Positions 10,679-21,218 are shown, numbered from the stretch's first letter. The stretch is 64,000 bases of DNA from an uncultured Gemmatimonadaceae bacterium (GCA_963761305.1 CAVXGK010000002.1:3355431-3419430); one strand, 5' to 3'. Notes: generated by a model from the letters alone, not told the origin. Numbers and translations: made by a program.

Positions 10679-11442
10679 TGGCGGGGTCGGGAATGTGGAC
10701 GCGGCTGGCGATCGCCATCGCCTCGTTCGGTCTCGCGTCGTCGGCACTCGGGTGCGGCGGGTCGGCCGGCGCAAAGCCCGCTTCACCGGTCAGCAATCAA
10801 TACATCGTCGGGATCGATCTCTCGGCGAGTCGCTCGGTCGAGGCGCTGAGAGACTCGCGGCGGCTGCTCGACGATCTCGTCGAATCGAGACTGCACAACG
10901 GCGACGAACTCGTGCTGCTCGAGATGTATGGCAGCTCGGACACCGGCGACCATCAGTGGATCGATTCGGTTCCACGCGCGCGCACGCCGGGCGTCGTCTC
11001 GTCGACCGACAAGCGGAGACTCGACGACTTCAAGGCCGTCGCGCATCAGGTCGTCGGCGCGATGTTCGATCCGAACCGCGTGCGCCGGATCGACAACACC
11101 GACGTGTTCGCGACGATCCGCCGGGCGGCTGACTACGCCAAGGCCGCGCACGATCGGCGGCCGACGTTGATCTTGCTGTCGGACATGGAGAACTCGACGG
11201 ACGAAATGCGCATGGAGCGCACCGGGATCCCGTCTTCGCAGTGGATCGAGGTTCGTCGCGGCGCGAATCGGCTGCCCGATATGCGCGGCGTTTGCGTTCT
11301 CGTCGCCGGCGCGGCGTCGGAGACGCAGCGCGAGGCGGCCATTCGAGATTTCTGGGTTCGATACTTCGGCGCGGCCGGGACGACGCTCGCGGCGACGAAC
11401 TATCGAGCGTTTGTGCCGGACGCTTCGGAACTGCGCTGCTAG
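10678..11442 (+). CDS. vWA-like domain lipoprotein
   Basis: TGATG overlap with the upstream gene; lipobox ALGC; MIDAS-like IDLSAS, TD and LLSDM motifs. Confidence 0.7.
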   Translation: MAGSGMWTRLAIAIASFGLASSALGCGGSAGAKPASPVSNQYIVGIDLSASRSVEALRDSRRLLDDLVESRLHNGDELVLLEMYGSSDTGDHQWIDSVPRARTPGVVSSTDKRRLDDFKAVAHQVVGAMFDPNRVRRIDNTDVFATIRRAADYAKAAHDRRPTLILLSDMENSTDEMRMERTGIPSSQWIEVRRGANRLPDMRGVCVLVAGAASETQREAAIRDFWVRYFGAAGTTLAATNYRAFVPDASELRC

Positions 11443-11478
11443 CACGCGTCGCTCGCGTTCACGCGCCCGGGTTGTTGG

Positions 11479-11840
11479 TCACGCGCCCGAGCCGCCCGGG
11501 GTCGTTCCGCGACCGCTCGCAGTATTGCCGATACTGCCGGCAATACTGCAACGGCTCGCGCTCCAGACCCCGGGCCGTCTCGGGCGCTGCCTCGGTGTGC
11601 GTGTGAAACCCTGGCTGGTGCGCAGGACCGCGCGCTGTCCTGCGCGCGCGGCGTAGTGCGGTCGCGGTGTCATGCGCGCGCCGGTGAGCGCGACCCGCGC
11701 CGACGCACGCTCGCAGTCTGTCGTTCGCCGATCGAGGGAGGCGAGCGGGTGGGGCTGTCCGGAGCGGAGCCGTTGCAGTATTGCCGGCAGTATCGGCAAT
11801 ACTGCGAGCGGTCCGCGGAGGACAGTCCCACCCCGAGCCC
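11479..11840 (+). repeat. bipartite hairpin element, copy 1 (arm A 11479-11593, arm B 11741-11840)
   Basis: Arm A core GCAGTATTGCCG-atactgc-CGGCAATACTGC; arm B carries the inverted core inside a GGGTGGGGCTGTCC..GGACAGTCCCACCC stem. Confidence 0.95.
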
Positions 11841-11888
11841 CACCTCAAACAAACGCGAAGACGCGACGCGCGTGGTCCCGCTCGACCC

Positions 11889-12908
11889 CTAGGACGCCTC
11901 GACCGAAAATCGGAAGCCGGGATAAACGGTCGTAACCGCGGTCAAGAACGAACTCGGCGCACCCAGTTCGGCCAGAGTAATCCCGCCGAACTTCGTCTCA
12001 TCCGCGTGCGTCACAACGCGCAGGGCGGCTTCGACCACCAACGACGCGGATATCGCGTAGATGTCGACCCCGCTCGCCGTCGCACGACGCGCTTGTCCGC
12101 CGCGCTCGACGCGCACGTCCATTAGAAAACGCTGAGCGGAGCGGCGGCGTTCGTCCGTTGCTCTTGGCGTGCCGGTCGCCGGGTCGGCCAACTCGGCGAG
12201 CGCTGATCGGTTCATCAGGCTATCGACACTCGCGACTGCCGCGCGGCGAGAGATCGTGATGATTTCACTCAGCGGCACCGGCGCGACGGGCTGCGTTCCA
12301 AAAGGCGACGGAAACGTCCAACTCTCCGGTGGCGTCGTGCCGGCGACTGGAACCAACTGGTGGTTTCTCAGCACGACTCTGGGAAAATGATTGCGCGCGC
12401 CCGTGGCGCGCGTGCCGCCGGTAGGATGCCAGCTGTCGAGATGGACGGCCACCGTCGCGCTGTCCGCGCCCGGCCAGTCCTCGAGCGCGGCGCCGACCAG
12501 CAGATTGGCGAGGCCGCCAAAGAAACCGGCGGCCGGCAAAAGCGCCAATCCATTTTGGTGCGCAACTTTATCGAACGCGTCGAAGCTGTCGCGCGCCGAT
12601 TGCTGCTCCGCCGTCACGTCCAGATAGTGCGCACCGGCGCCGAACGCCGCCTGGATTGTCGGTGCGGCGGTATCGAGAAACGGGCCGGCGCAGTTGATGA
12701 CCGCCGTCGCGCCTTCGAAGGCATTGGCAAGCGAAGCAGGATCTTCGAGCGAAGCGACGTGACCGGGATCCATATCGAGAGCCTGCAAGCGGCTCTTGTC
12801 TCGACCGATCGCGCGGAATGGCAGCCCGCGCCGCTCGAGCTCGGCGACGACGAATCGTCCGGTGTGTCCAGTCGCACCGTAAACCGCGAACAGTTCGCCC
12901 TTGCTCAT
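11889..12908 (-). CDS. saccharopine dehydrogenase-like NAD(P)-binding oxidoreductase
   Basis: GATGHTG Rossmann motif, VINCAGPF, HYLDVTAEQ. Confidence 0.9.
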   Translation of the reverse strand: MSKGELFAVYGATGHTGRFVVAELERRGLPFRAIGRDKSRLQALDMDPGHVASLEDPASLANAFEGATAVINCAGPFLDTAAPTIQAAFGAGAHYLDVTAEQQSARDSFDAFDKVAHQNGLALLPAAGFFGGLANLLVGAALEDWPGADSATVAVHLDSWHPTGGTRATGARNHFPRVVLRNHQLVPVAGTTPPESWTFPSPFGTQPVAPVPLSEIITISRRAAVASVDSLMNRSALAELADPATGTPRATDERRRSAQRFLMDVRVERGGQARRATASGVDIYAISASLVVEAALRVVTHADETKFGGITLAELGAPSSFLTAVTTVYPGFRFSVEAS

Positions 12909-13034
12909 TCCTGTACTCCCAGCCGCAGCATTTAGTCGCCTCGCCGGCTAGTGAACCAACGGCCTTCGTGCGATGCTGGACGGAACATACAGACACAACG
13001 TGCGGCCGCTCACTCCGGCGACAGTTCGAGTCGG

Positions 13035-13571
13035 TCAGCCCCGCACGGCAGTTGTCGCGCGACGACGTATGGCCGTGTTGGCCAAGCCGCCCACCACACC
13101 GACGCCCAGCGCGAGCAGGATGATCGATGGCGTCCATCGGTCGGCGATCCCCAACAACGCGTCTACCGAGTAGCGCCCGAAGCCGATCAACGCGAGCCCG
13201 ACCGCGGCACTCGAGTAGAGTAGCGGGACCTCGACACCGTTACTCGCGGCGAAGAGTCCGTTCTTCCAATGCACCGTGATCATGGCGACGATCATGACGG
13301 AGATCATGAGCGCCGGACCGATGGGCCCAAGAAACCCCAACGCGACGAGAAGTCCGCTCGTGACCTCGGTGACCGACGCGGCGGCGGCGAATGCGCGGCC
13401 AGGCGGGAATCCGAGTTGGACGAAGAACTCGCCCGTCTTGTTGAGACCGTAACCGCCGAACCACCCGAACAACTTCTGAGCGCCGTGTCCCGCCATCACC
13501 AGCCCGACGACGAGCCGAATGAACAGCAGTCCGATGCCGACGAGCTGCAACTCCCCGCTATACGCATTCAT
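13035..13571 (-). CDS. DoxX family membrane protein
   Basis: RLVVGLVMAGHGAQKLFGWFGG...GRYSVDA. Confidence 0.9.
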   Translation of the reverse strand: MNAYSGELQLVGIGLLFIRLVVGLVMAGHGAQKLFGWFGGYGLNKTGEFFVQLGFPPGRAFAAAASVTEVTSGLLVALGFLGPIGPALMISVMIVAMITVHWKNGLFAASNGVEVPLLYSSAAVGLALIGFGRYSVDALLGIADRWTPSIILLALGVGVVGGLANTAIRRRATTAVRG

Positions 13572-13694
13572 GATGTTCTCCCCCTGCACGTGGATCGTCC
13601 CTAGGTTACCGTTGGTAACTATCTGCAACGTACGGGGCTTTTTCGCGGCTGAAAGCAGGCACGCAAAAGTGCCTCGGACACACCGGAGTAACCA

Positions 13695-14144
13695 ATGGCC
13701 AAGCCGCCGTTGAAGAAACCGCCCGAGTTGGAGTACACGCCCGCGAACTGCCACGCGCGTGACGTCCTCGCCCGTATCGGCGACAAGTGGTCGGTGGCGG
13801 TCATCCACGCGCTCGGCGCGGCGCGCACGCTGCGCTTCAACGAGCTGCGCGGCCAAGTGGACGGCATCAGTCAGCGCATGTTGACCGTGACGCTCCGCGG
13901 TCTCGAGCGCGACGGACTCGTCGTGCGAACCGTCTACCCGGAAGTGCCGCCGCGCGTGGAGTACGCGCTCACTCCGCTCGGCGCGACACTCCGGCAACTC
14001 GTGCGAGCGCTCGTCGAGTGGTCCGGCGCGCATCTCGTGGAAGTGGACGCCGCACGCACGGCGTACGATGCGCGCCACGGTAAGCCGCGCCCGACACCCG
14101 CCGAGCGCACGCTTCCTCGCCGGACCTCGGCGTCGCGCGCGTAA
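13695..14144 (+). CDS. HxlR-family winged-helix regulator
   Basis: IGDKWS..LRFNEL..GISQRMLTVTLRGLERDGLV.R..YPEVPPRVEYALT; divergent from DoxX. Confidence 0.95.
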   Translation: MAKPPLKKPPELEYTPANCHARDVLARIGDKWSVAVIHALGAARTLRFNELRGQVDGISQRMLTVTLRGLERDGLVVRTVYPEVPPRVEYALTPLGATLRQLVRALVEWSGAHLVEVDAARTAYDARHGKPRPTPAERTLPRRTSASRA

Positions 14145-14174
14145 CTTCGCGAAATCAGGCGCACGAGTAGTCGT

Positions 14175-14449
14175 TCACGCGGCCGTCTCGGGCGCTGCCT
14201 CCGTGGGCGCGTCAAACCCCGTCTGGTGCGCAAGCGCGCGCGCTGTCCTGCGCGCGCAGCGTCCTGCGGTCGCGGTGTCATGCGCTCGCCGGCGAGCGGG
14301 ATGCGCAGTCACGCGCGCTCGTAGTCTGTCGTTCGCCGATTCGAGCGGGCGAGCGGGTGGGGCTGTCCGGAGCGGAGCCGTTGCAGTATTGCCAGACTGT
14401 ATCGGCAATACTGCGAGCGGTCCGCGGAGGACAGTCCCACCCCGAGCCC
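14175..14449 (+). repeat. hairpin element copy 2 (arm A hairpin deleted, arm B intact)
   Basis: TCACGC fused directly to GGCCGTCTCGGGCGCTGCCTCC; conserved spacer; arm B 14349-14449. Confidence 0.9.
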
Positions 14450-14569
14450 CTAACTCCGAGCGCAAGCCGCAGCAACGCAGGCTCCGGCATGCAGCCTCAC
14501 CCATTTATCCGATGTCCTGACCGCCCGTCGCACGGGTAACATGCGTTCGTCTCATTCAACTCGGACCGC

Positions 14570-15505
14570 ATGTCACCAACCAAATCCAAGAACCCACTCG
14601 CTGAGCTCTCGACCAGTCTGGCCGAAGCGGTCGAGGCTTCCGCGAAGTCGATCGTCGCCATCCACGCGCGCCGGCGCATCCCGTCGAGCGGTGTTGTCTG
14701 GCGCGACGGTATCGTCGTCAGCGCGAGCCATACAGTCCGCACCGACGGCGACGTCGCCGTCACGCTGCCGAGTGGCGACTCTGCACGCGCCACGATCGTC
14801 GGACGCGACGCCTCGACCGATCTCGTCGCGCTTCGGCTGAACGGCGCCGGCCCCAGCGCGGCACCACGCGCCGACGCTGATGCGGGGCGCGTCGGCTCGC
14901 TCGTGCTCGCTGTCGGCCGCCCCGGTCGCAAAGTCTCGGCGAGCTTCGGCATCGTCAGCGCTGTCGCCGACGACTGGCGCGGCACGACGGGAGGTCGCAT
15001 CGATCGCGTCCTCCGCCTCGATCTGTCGATCTACGACGGCTTCTCGGGTGGCCCTCTCGTCGATCCGGCCGGCGCGGTGATCGGCATCAACAACTCCGCG
15101 CTCTCGCGCGGCACGCCTGTCGCTCTCCCCGCCGCGACCGTCGACCGCGTCGTCGACGAGCTGCTGCAACGCGGCCACGTTCGCCGCCCGTTCATCGGCG
15201 TCGCGGTGCAGCAGGTTGCGCTCAGCGCGGCCACCGTCGAGCGGCACAAGCTTTCGCGCGACGCGGGCCTCGTCGTCGTTTCGGTTGCCGACGGTTCGCC
15301 GGCCGAGTCGGCGGGGATTCTGATCGGCGACGTGGTGTTCGCGGCGAACGGGCAGCCACTGCGTCGTCCGACGGACCTGCTCGACGCGCTGACGACCGTC
15401 GCCGACGGCGCTTCGGTGGAGCTCGAGCATCTTCGCGGCGCGGCGATCATGAAATCGACCGTGACTCCGACTGACAGAGAAGCGCGCGGAGGGCAGGGCG
15501 AATGA
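14570..15505 (+). CDS. S1C (HtrA-like) serine protease with PDZ domain
   Basis: SASH, TDLVAL, GFSGGPL triad; SPAESAGILIGDV PDZ motif. Confidence 0.9.
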   Translation: MSPTKSKNPLAELSTSLAEAVEASAKSIVAIHARRRIPSSGVVWRDGIVVSASHTVRTDGDVAVTLPSGDSARATIVGRDASTDLVALRLNGAGPSAAPRADADAGRVGSLVLAVGRPGRKVSASFGIVSAVADDWRGTTGGRIDRVLRLDLSIYDGFSGGPLVDPAGAVIGINNSALSRGTPVALPAATVDRVVDELLQRGHVRRPFIGVAVQQVALSAATVERHKLSRDAGLVVVSVADGSPAESAGILIGDVVFAANGQPLRRPTDLLDALTTVADGASVELEHLRGAAIMKSTVTPTDREARGGQGE

Positions 15506-16113
15506 CGGCGACGTTTGCCATGCGCGATCCGGCCGCGCAGTTTCGATCGGCGGCGACGTCGCTCGCTGATTCGCTCTCGAACGCGGTCGTTCAGGTGCGC
15601 ACGCCGAACACAGGGAGCGGCGGTGCCGGACTGATCTGGGGCCCGGGACTCGTCGTCACCAACGCACACTGCGTCCCGCGCGGCGCCAGTGTCGAAGTGT
15701 GCACCGCGGGGACGAACCGCTGGCGCGAGGCGGAGGTGATCGGATACCATCCGCCGCATGACCTCGCGCTGCTCGCCGCTCCGTCGGTCGCGGGACCACT
15801 GCTCGAGATTCGCGACGCCGACTCGCTGCGTGCCGGCGAGCTGCTCTTCGCGCACGGGCATCCACTCGGCGTGCGCGACGCGATGGCGATGGGTGTCCTG
15901 CACGACATCGCGCGCGATCGTCGCACGGGTCAACCGCGCTGGATCGTCGCCGACGTCCGCCTCGCGCCGGGAAATTCGGGCGGGCCGTTGGTCGACGCCG
16001 CCGGTCGCCTCGTCGGTATCAACAGCATGGTCGTCAACGGACTCGGCGCCGCGGTGCCGGCCTCACTGGTGCAAGACTTCGTCGAACGCGTGCTCGCCAA
16101 GCGCGCGGCGTGA
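15502..16113 (+). CDS. trypsin-like serine protease
   Basis: TNAHCV, HDLALL, GNSGGPL. Confidence 0.9.
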   Translation: MTATFAMRDPAAQFRSAATSLADSLSNAVVQVRTPNTGSGGAGLIWGPGLVVTNAHCVPRGASVEVCTAGTNRWREAEVIGYHPPHDLALLAAPSVAGPLLEIRDADSLRAGELLFAHGHPLGVRDAMAMGVLHDIARDRRTGQPRWIVADVRLAPGNSGGPLVDAAGRLVGINSMVVNGLGAAVPASLVQDFVERVLAKRAA

Positions 16114-16131
16114 GCGGGAGCGCGTGCGGCC

Positions 16132-16539
16132 GTGACCCGCATCGCGATCGTCGCCGCGTCGGAAGCGCTCCGCACGCGGTTGGCAGCGGCGCTGGCCGTT
16201 GATCCGACGTTCGAGATCGTCGCGGTCGGCGCCGCGGCAATGGACGTCGGTGACTCGGCCGAGGTCGTGCTCGTGGCGCGCGACGTCGATGATGCTCGGC
16301 GGCGTGCGGACAACGACGCTCACGACGTCGCGCGCAGCGTCCCGTCGCTCACCAACCGCGAGCGCGAGATTCTCGCGCTGCTTGGCGATGGACTCGGCAA
16401 CAAACAGATCGCGGCGCGCCTTGGGATCTCCACCAATACTGTGAAGACGCATCTCGAGCTGTTGTTCGACAAGATCGGTGTGTCATCGCGGGCCGAGGCC
16501 GTGGCCACGGGAGTTAGGCGCGGCCTACTCATGCTCTAG
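16132..16539 (+). CDS. LuxR/NarL-type regulator with short receiver-like part
   Basis: LTNREREILALLGDGLGNKQIAARLGISTNTVKTH. Confidence 0.9.
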   Translation: MTRIAIVAASEALRTRLAAALAVDPTFEIVAVGAAAMDVGDSAEVVLVARDVDDARRRADNDAHDVARSVPSLTNREREILALLGDGLGNKQIAARLGISTNTVKTHLELLFDKIGVSSRAEAVATGVRRGLLML

Positions 16540-16575
16540 CGCCCGAGCACTCCGCGAGTCCGTCTGCGCTCAGAC

Positions 16576-16912
16576 TCACGCGCGCGAGCCGCCCGGGGTC
16601 GTTCCGCGCGACCGCTCGCAGTATTGCCGATACTGCCGGCAATACTGCAACGGCTCGCGCTCCAGACCCCGGGCCGTCTCGGGCGCTGCCTCCGTGTGCG
16701 CGTGAACCCCATCTGGGGCGCAGGCGCGCGCGCTGCCTGCGGTCGCGGTGTCAGGCGCGCGCTGGTGAGCGCGACGCGCGCTCGCAGTTGGTCGTTCGCC
16801 GATTCGAGGGGGCGAGCGGGTGGGACTGTCTGGAGCGGAGCCGTTGCAGTATTGCCAGGCTGCATCGGCAATACTGCGAGCGGTCCGCGGAGGACAGTCC
16901 CACTCCGAGCCC
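16576..16912 (+). repeat. hairpin element copy 3 (A+B complete)
   Basis: Arm A 16576-16693, arm B 16812-16912; between convergent genes. Confidence 0.95.
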
Positions 16913-16951
16913 CAGCCTCGAGCACGCCGAGCACGCCGAGGACGGGCCGCG

Positions 16952-18596
16952 CTAGTGCGCGAGTGCGGTGTCGACGATTGTCTGCGCCTCGGTCACGATC
17001 GCGGCGAGCGCCTCGTTGCCGCGAAAACTTTCGGCGTAGATCCGGTAGAGGTTCTCGGTTCCCGACGGACGAGCGGCGAACCAGCCGGACGACGTGCTGA
17101 CCTTCACGCCGCCGATGGGAGCGTGGTTGCCGGGTGCCTCGCTGATGATGGACGTCACCTTCTCGCCGGCCAGTTCGGTGCAGGGCACGTCCTTCGGCGA
17201 CAGCGCCGCCAGTCGTTTCTTCTGTTCCGCGGTCGCGGGCGCCTCGACGCGATCGAAGGCTGGTTCGCCAAACTCGCGTGTCAGATCGGCGTAGAGCTCT
17301 CCCGGATCGCGGCCGGCGACGGCCGTTATCTCGGCCGCGAGCAGGGCGAGCGCGATGCCGTCCTTGTCCGTCGTCCACACAGTTCCGTCGCGACGCAGGA
17401 GTGACGCACCGGCGCTCTCCTCGCCGCCGAAGCCGAGCGTTCCACTCCCAAGACCATCGACAAACCACTTGAAGCCGACCGGCACTTCGTGCAACCGGCG
17501 GCCGAGCTTCGCGGCGACACGATCGATCATGCTCGTGCTCACCACCGTCTTGCCGACGCCGGCGTCGCCCGGCCAAGCCGGCCGATGGTCGAAGAGGTGC
17601 TGAACGGCCACCGATAAATAGTGATTTGGCGGCAGCAGGCCGGCGCTCGCCGTGACGATGCCATGTCGATCGTGATCGGTGTCGCACGCGCAGGCGACGT
17701 CGAACTTGTCCTTGAGCCCGATCAGTCGTCGCATCGCGTAGGGCGATGACGGGTCCATCCTGATCTTGCCGTCCCAGTCCACCGTCATGAAGCGGAACGT
17801 CTGATCCACGACGTCGCTCACGACGGTGAGGTCGAGTCGATAGCGATCCGCGATGGGTGCCCAGTAGTGCACGCCCGCCCCACCGAGCGGGTCGACGCCG
17901 ATTCGAACGCCCGCGCCTCGAATCGCGTCCATGTCGACGACGCTGCCGAGATCGCGCACGTACGCGTCGAGGTAGTCGTGGCGATGCGTCGTCTCAGCGA
18001 CGGAGCGCCCTCTCATATGGTATGCGCTTCACGCCATCGAGGCCGCCCTCCAGAAGCTGATTGGCCAGCCGTTCAATCCACGTGGTGACGTTGGTGTCGG
18101 CCGGTCCACCGTTCGGCGTGTTGTATTTGAAGCCGCCATCACCCGGCGGATTGTGCGACGGCGTGATCACGATGCCGTCGGCCAATCCGGTCGTCCGTCC
18201 GCGGTTGTAGACGAGGATAGCGTGCGACACGACCGGTGTCGGCGTGTACTCGTCGTGCTCGGCGAGCATGATGTCGACGCCATTCGCCGCGAGCACTTCC
18301 ACGGCGCTGGCGCATGCCGGCTGCGACAGCGCGTGCGTGTCGATGCCGAGAAAGAGCGGGCCGTCGATGTGCGCTTGGCGTCGATATTCGACGATTGCTT
18401 GGCTGATCGCGATCACGTGCGCTTCGTTGAAGCTGCGGTCGAACGCCGACCCGCGATGGCCCGACGTGCCGAACGCGATCCGCTCGGCTGGCTCTTTAGG
18501 ATCCGGCACGAGGGCGTAGTACGCTGTCACGAGCTTCGCGACGTCGAGCAGCGTTTCGGGCGGTGGGGCAAGCCCGGCGAGCGGACTGATTCTCAC
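16952..18596 (-). CDS. pgm: phosphoglucomutase, alpha-D-glucose phosphate-specific (frameshift near 18005)
   Basis: [36 protein letters not shown] motifs across ORFs 17994..18596 and 16952..18016. Confidence 0.95.
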
Positions 18597-18618
18597 GCGT
18601 CACGCTCCTTCATGGTCA

Positions 18619-18929
18619 TCACGCGCCGAGCCGGCCCAGTGCGTTCGCGCGTCCGAATGCGCTGCCTCCGTGTGCGCGTAAAACCCCGTCTTGCGCACGC
18701 GCGCGCGCCGTCCTGCGGTCGCGGCGTCACGCGCGCGCACGTCCTGCTGGCGCGGTGTCCTGCGCGCGCCGGTGAGCGCGACCCGCGCCGACGCACGCTC
18801 GCAGTCTGTCGTTCGCCGATTCGAGGGAGCGAGCGGGTGGGGCTGTCTGGAGCGGAGCCGTTGCAGTATTGCCAGGTCGTATCGGCAATACTGCGAGCGG
18901 TCCGCGGAGGACAGTCCCACTCCGAGCCC
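18619..18929 (+). repeat. hairpin element copy 4 (arm A degenerate, arm B intact)
   Basis: TCACGCGCCGAGCC start, GCGCTGCCTCCGTG, conserved spacer, arm B 18829-18929. Confidence 0.9.
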
Positions 18930-18956
18930 CCACTCCGGGCACGCGAAGGACAGGAC

Positions 18957-20147
18957 TCACGTCGTCGTGACGCGGGTGTTGCGATGGTCGCGCTCACCGA
19001 GAAATTCGCCGAGCGCGGCGAGTGAACCGATGTGATCGCAGACGATCTTGAGCGTGGCCAAGAGCGGCACCGCGAGGAAAGCACCGGCGACACCCCAAAT
19101 CCAAAAGAAGAACGTCAGGCCCACGAAGATCGCGACCGGATTGAGCGTCAACCGGTGACCCAGCAGCATCGGCGTCACCAGGTTGGCCTGAATCAAGTTG
19201 ATCGCGAGGTAGCTCGCGGGAATGAGGAGCGCGTGGCCGACGTTGTCGAAGTTCGCCAGTCCGGCCAAGGTAAGAACGACGACGCCTGTCAGCGCGCCGA
19301 GATAGGGAATGAATTCGACTACGACGATCATCGCTCCCCACACAGCCGGAGAGGGCATCCCGAGCGCCCAGAGACAGAGCGCAACGACGACCCCTTCACC
19401 GAGGTTGACGAACAATGCCGTCGACAAATAGGCCGAAACCGCGGCTTCGATCGCGCGGGCGACGTTGACCGCTTTGCGCTTGTCGCCCAGCGTCGGCAAG
19501 AGTTTGATGAATTTTTGAAGAAAGAGGTCGCCGCCGGCGAGCAGGAAGTAGAGTAGAACCGCGATCTCGACGACCGCGGCAACGAGAACCTGCGTCGTCC
19601 CAAGAATGCGTGAGCCGATCGAGGGCGCCGTGTTGACGACGACCTGCCGCGGCGGGTGGCCGCCCACGGGATCTCCGAGCGTGCTCGCCGCCCGCTCGAC
19701 CTGGCTCGTGGCCTTTTGGAAACGCGCCAGAAAGAGCGCTCGCAGCTTTGTATTCGCGCGGGCGAGGGTTTCGGGCGCCGAGGCGGCGAGGGTCTGTGCC
19801 GGACCGGCGAGCGAGTACACGCCGCCGCCTACACCGCCAACCAACAGCAGGACGACGAGCGCCGCCCCGGCTGGCGCCGGGATCTTGATCCGCTGCAACA
19901 TGCGGATCACCGGACTGAGCAGGAAGTTCAACAGGACCGCGAACACGATCGGCACGAAGAACTCGCGCGCGAAATACATCGTGTACAGGGTCGCAAGAAC
20001 CGCGAGAACGACGGCGCTGATCGCGAGGGCGGTCGGCTTCTCGCCCGCATTCGCGACTTGTCCGATGTCGGGAGGCGGCTCGTACGGGCGCGGCCTACCG
20101 ACAGCGCCCACAGCGCCGGCATCGACGCGCGGCGGGAAGTCAGCCAT
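18957..20147 (-). CDS. AI-2E family transporter
   Basis: Multi-TM; FIPYLG, LNPVAIF..FWIWGVAGAFLAVPL. Confidence 0.95.
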   Translation of the reverse strand: MADFPPRVDAGAVGAVGRPRPYEPPPDIGQVANAGEKPTALAISAVVLAVLATLYTMYFAREFFVPIVFAVLLNFLLSPVIRMLQRIKIPAPAGAALVVLLLVGGVGGGVYSLAGPAQTLAASAPETLARANTKLRALFLARFQKATSQVERAASTLGDPVGGHPPRQVVVNTAPSIGSRILGTTQVLVAAVVEIAVLLYFLLAGGDLFLQKFIKLLPTLGDKRKAVNVARAIEAAVSAYLSTALFVNLGEGVVVALCLWALGMPSPAVWGAMIVVVEFIPYLGALTGVVVLTLAGLANFDNVGHALLIPASYLAINLIQANLVTPMLLGHRLTLNPVAIFVGLTFFFWIWGVAGAFLAVPLLATLKIVCDHIGSLAALGEFLGERDHRNTRVTTT

Positions 20148-20193
20148 GACGCCCTCCCTCGGGTTGGTCGCCGGCGTCTACGCCGGGCGACGT

Positions 20194-20379
20194 TCAGCGC
20201 ATCGAGTGGTCCCGGCCCTCGTCGTCCCGCGCAACCTCGTTCCCGATCGGCTGAGCAGGAGCGTCGGACGCGGCGAGCTGCTGCGGCTCGTGCGTCTCAC
20301 GGTCATGCTTGGCCAGATCGTCTTGTGAGTCGAAATGCGCGCCACAGACGATGCAATCGTACTCATGCGTATGAGTCAT
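20194..20379 (-). CDS. 61-aa C2H2 zinc-finger micro-protein
   Basis: Y-x-C-x2-C-x3-F-x5-L-x2-H-x4-H pattern. Confidence 0.65.
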   Translation of the reverse strand: MTHTHEYDCIVCGAHFDSQDDLAKHDRETHEPQQLAASDAPAQPIGNEVARDDEGRDHSMR

Positions 20380-20450
20380 GTTCGGTCTCGGTGAGTTTGT
20401 CTGTCGTGCTTGCTCGCACCATCCGTGCCTGACCTCGTCTGTCGCCGGCC

Positions 20451-20517
20451 GCCCGAGCCGAGACTCACGCGCCCGAGCCGAGACTCACGCGCCTCGGGCG
20501 CTGCCTCCGTGTGCGCG
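20451..20517 (+). repeat. hairpin element copy 5 (collapsed arm A with 20-nt tandem reiteration)
   Basis: (GCCCGAGCCGAGACTCACGC)x2 followed by CTCGGGCGCTGCCTCCGTGTG. Confidence 0.8.
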
Positions 20518-20564
20518 AGAGCGACGGGGCGAACTCCGCGGGCGAGACGATCGTTGCCTAATGT

Positions 20565-21122
20565 TCAGGCGTCCAGCACGGCCGCGAAGTACGCCGCCAC
20601 GTCGATCACGAGTGGAGCCGACGCTCCATCAGGCTTCCACTCCACGCGCTCATCGAGCATGTCGATGCGCGAATCCGCCGGAGTCGAGCGTTCGAACGTT
20701 CGGGAATCCAAGTCGACGATCCAGAACTCGGCGACGCCTTCGCCGCGATACAACGCGCGCTTGACCACGCGATCCGCGCGCATCGTGTTCGGCGACGCCA
20801 CCTCGACCGCGAGCAGTAGCCGCCTCACGTCGGCGAATGACTTCGGCGGCCGGCCCTCGGCGCCTGGGACAACGAAGAGATCGGGCTGCACGGATCGCTT
20901 GGGCGAAAACGTGACGTCCGCCGGCGCAAAGAACACAAAACCGACGGGCTCTCGATCCAAGTAGTCGGCAATGAGCCGATACAGGACGCCAAGCGCGCGC
21001 TGATGGGTGTACGACGGCGACGGGGTCACGAACAGTTCGCCGTCGATGACCTCGTAGCGTTGGCCGTCGTCGGGCAAGTCCTGCAAGTCGTCGACGGTCC
21101 ACTGCCGTCTGAACGCGGGCAT
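20565..21122 (-). CDS. Uma2 family (DUF820) PD-(D/E)XK endonuclease, copy 1
   Basis: RYEVIDGEL, QPDLFVV, AVEVASP, DR..KR..Y, EFWIVD. Confidence 0.95.
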   Translation of the reverse strand: MPAFRRQWTVDDLQDLPDDGQRYEVIDGELFVTPSPSYTHQRALGVLYRLIADYLDREPVGFVFFAPADVTFSPKRSVQPDLFVVPGAEGRPPKSFADVRRLLLAVEVASPNTMRADRVVKRALYRGEGVAEFWIVDLDSRTFERSTPADSRIDMLDERVEWKPDGASAPLVIDVAAYFAAVLDA

Positions 21123-21218
21123 GTGCATAGGATAGGGTTCTCGGCGCCGAGTGAGCAAGCGAGCATGACGGCACGCTACGCCGGCCCCGCGGCGCGAGCG
21201 CCATCATTCCAGCGCGAC

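Noticed and set aside
16952..18596. Frameshifts in pgm, serine hydrolases, istA/istB and others as programmed frameshifting
   Set aside because: Indels are widespread and lack consistent slippery motifs; one DUF4389 copy is broken while its twin is intact, consistent with sequencing error.
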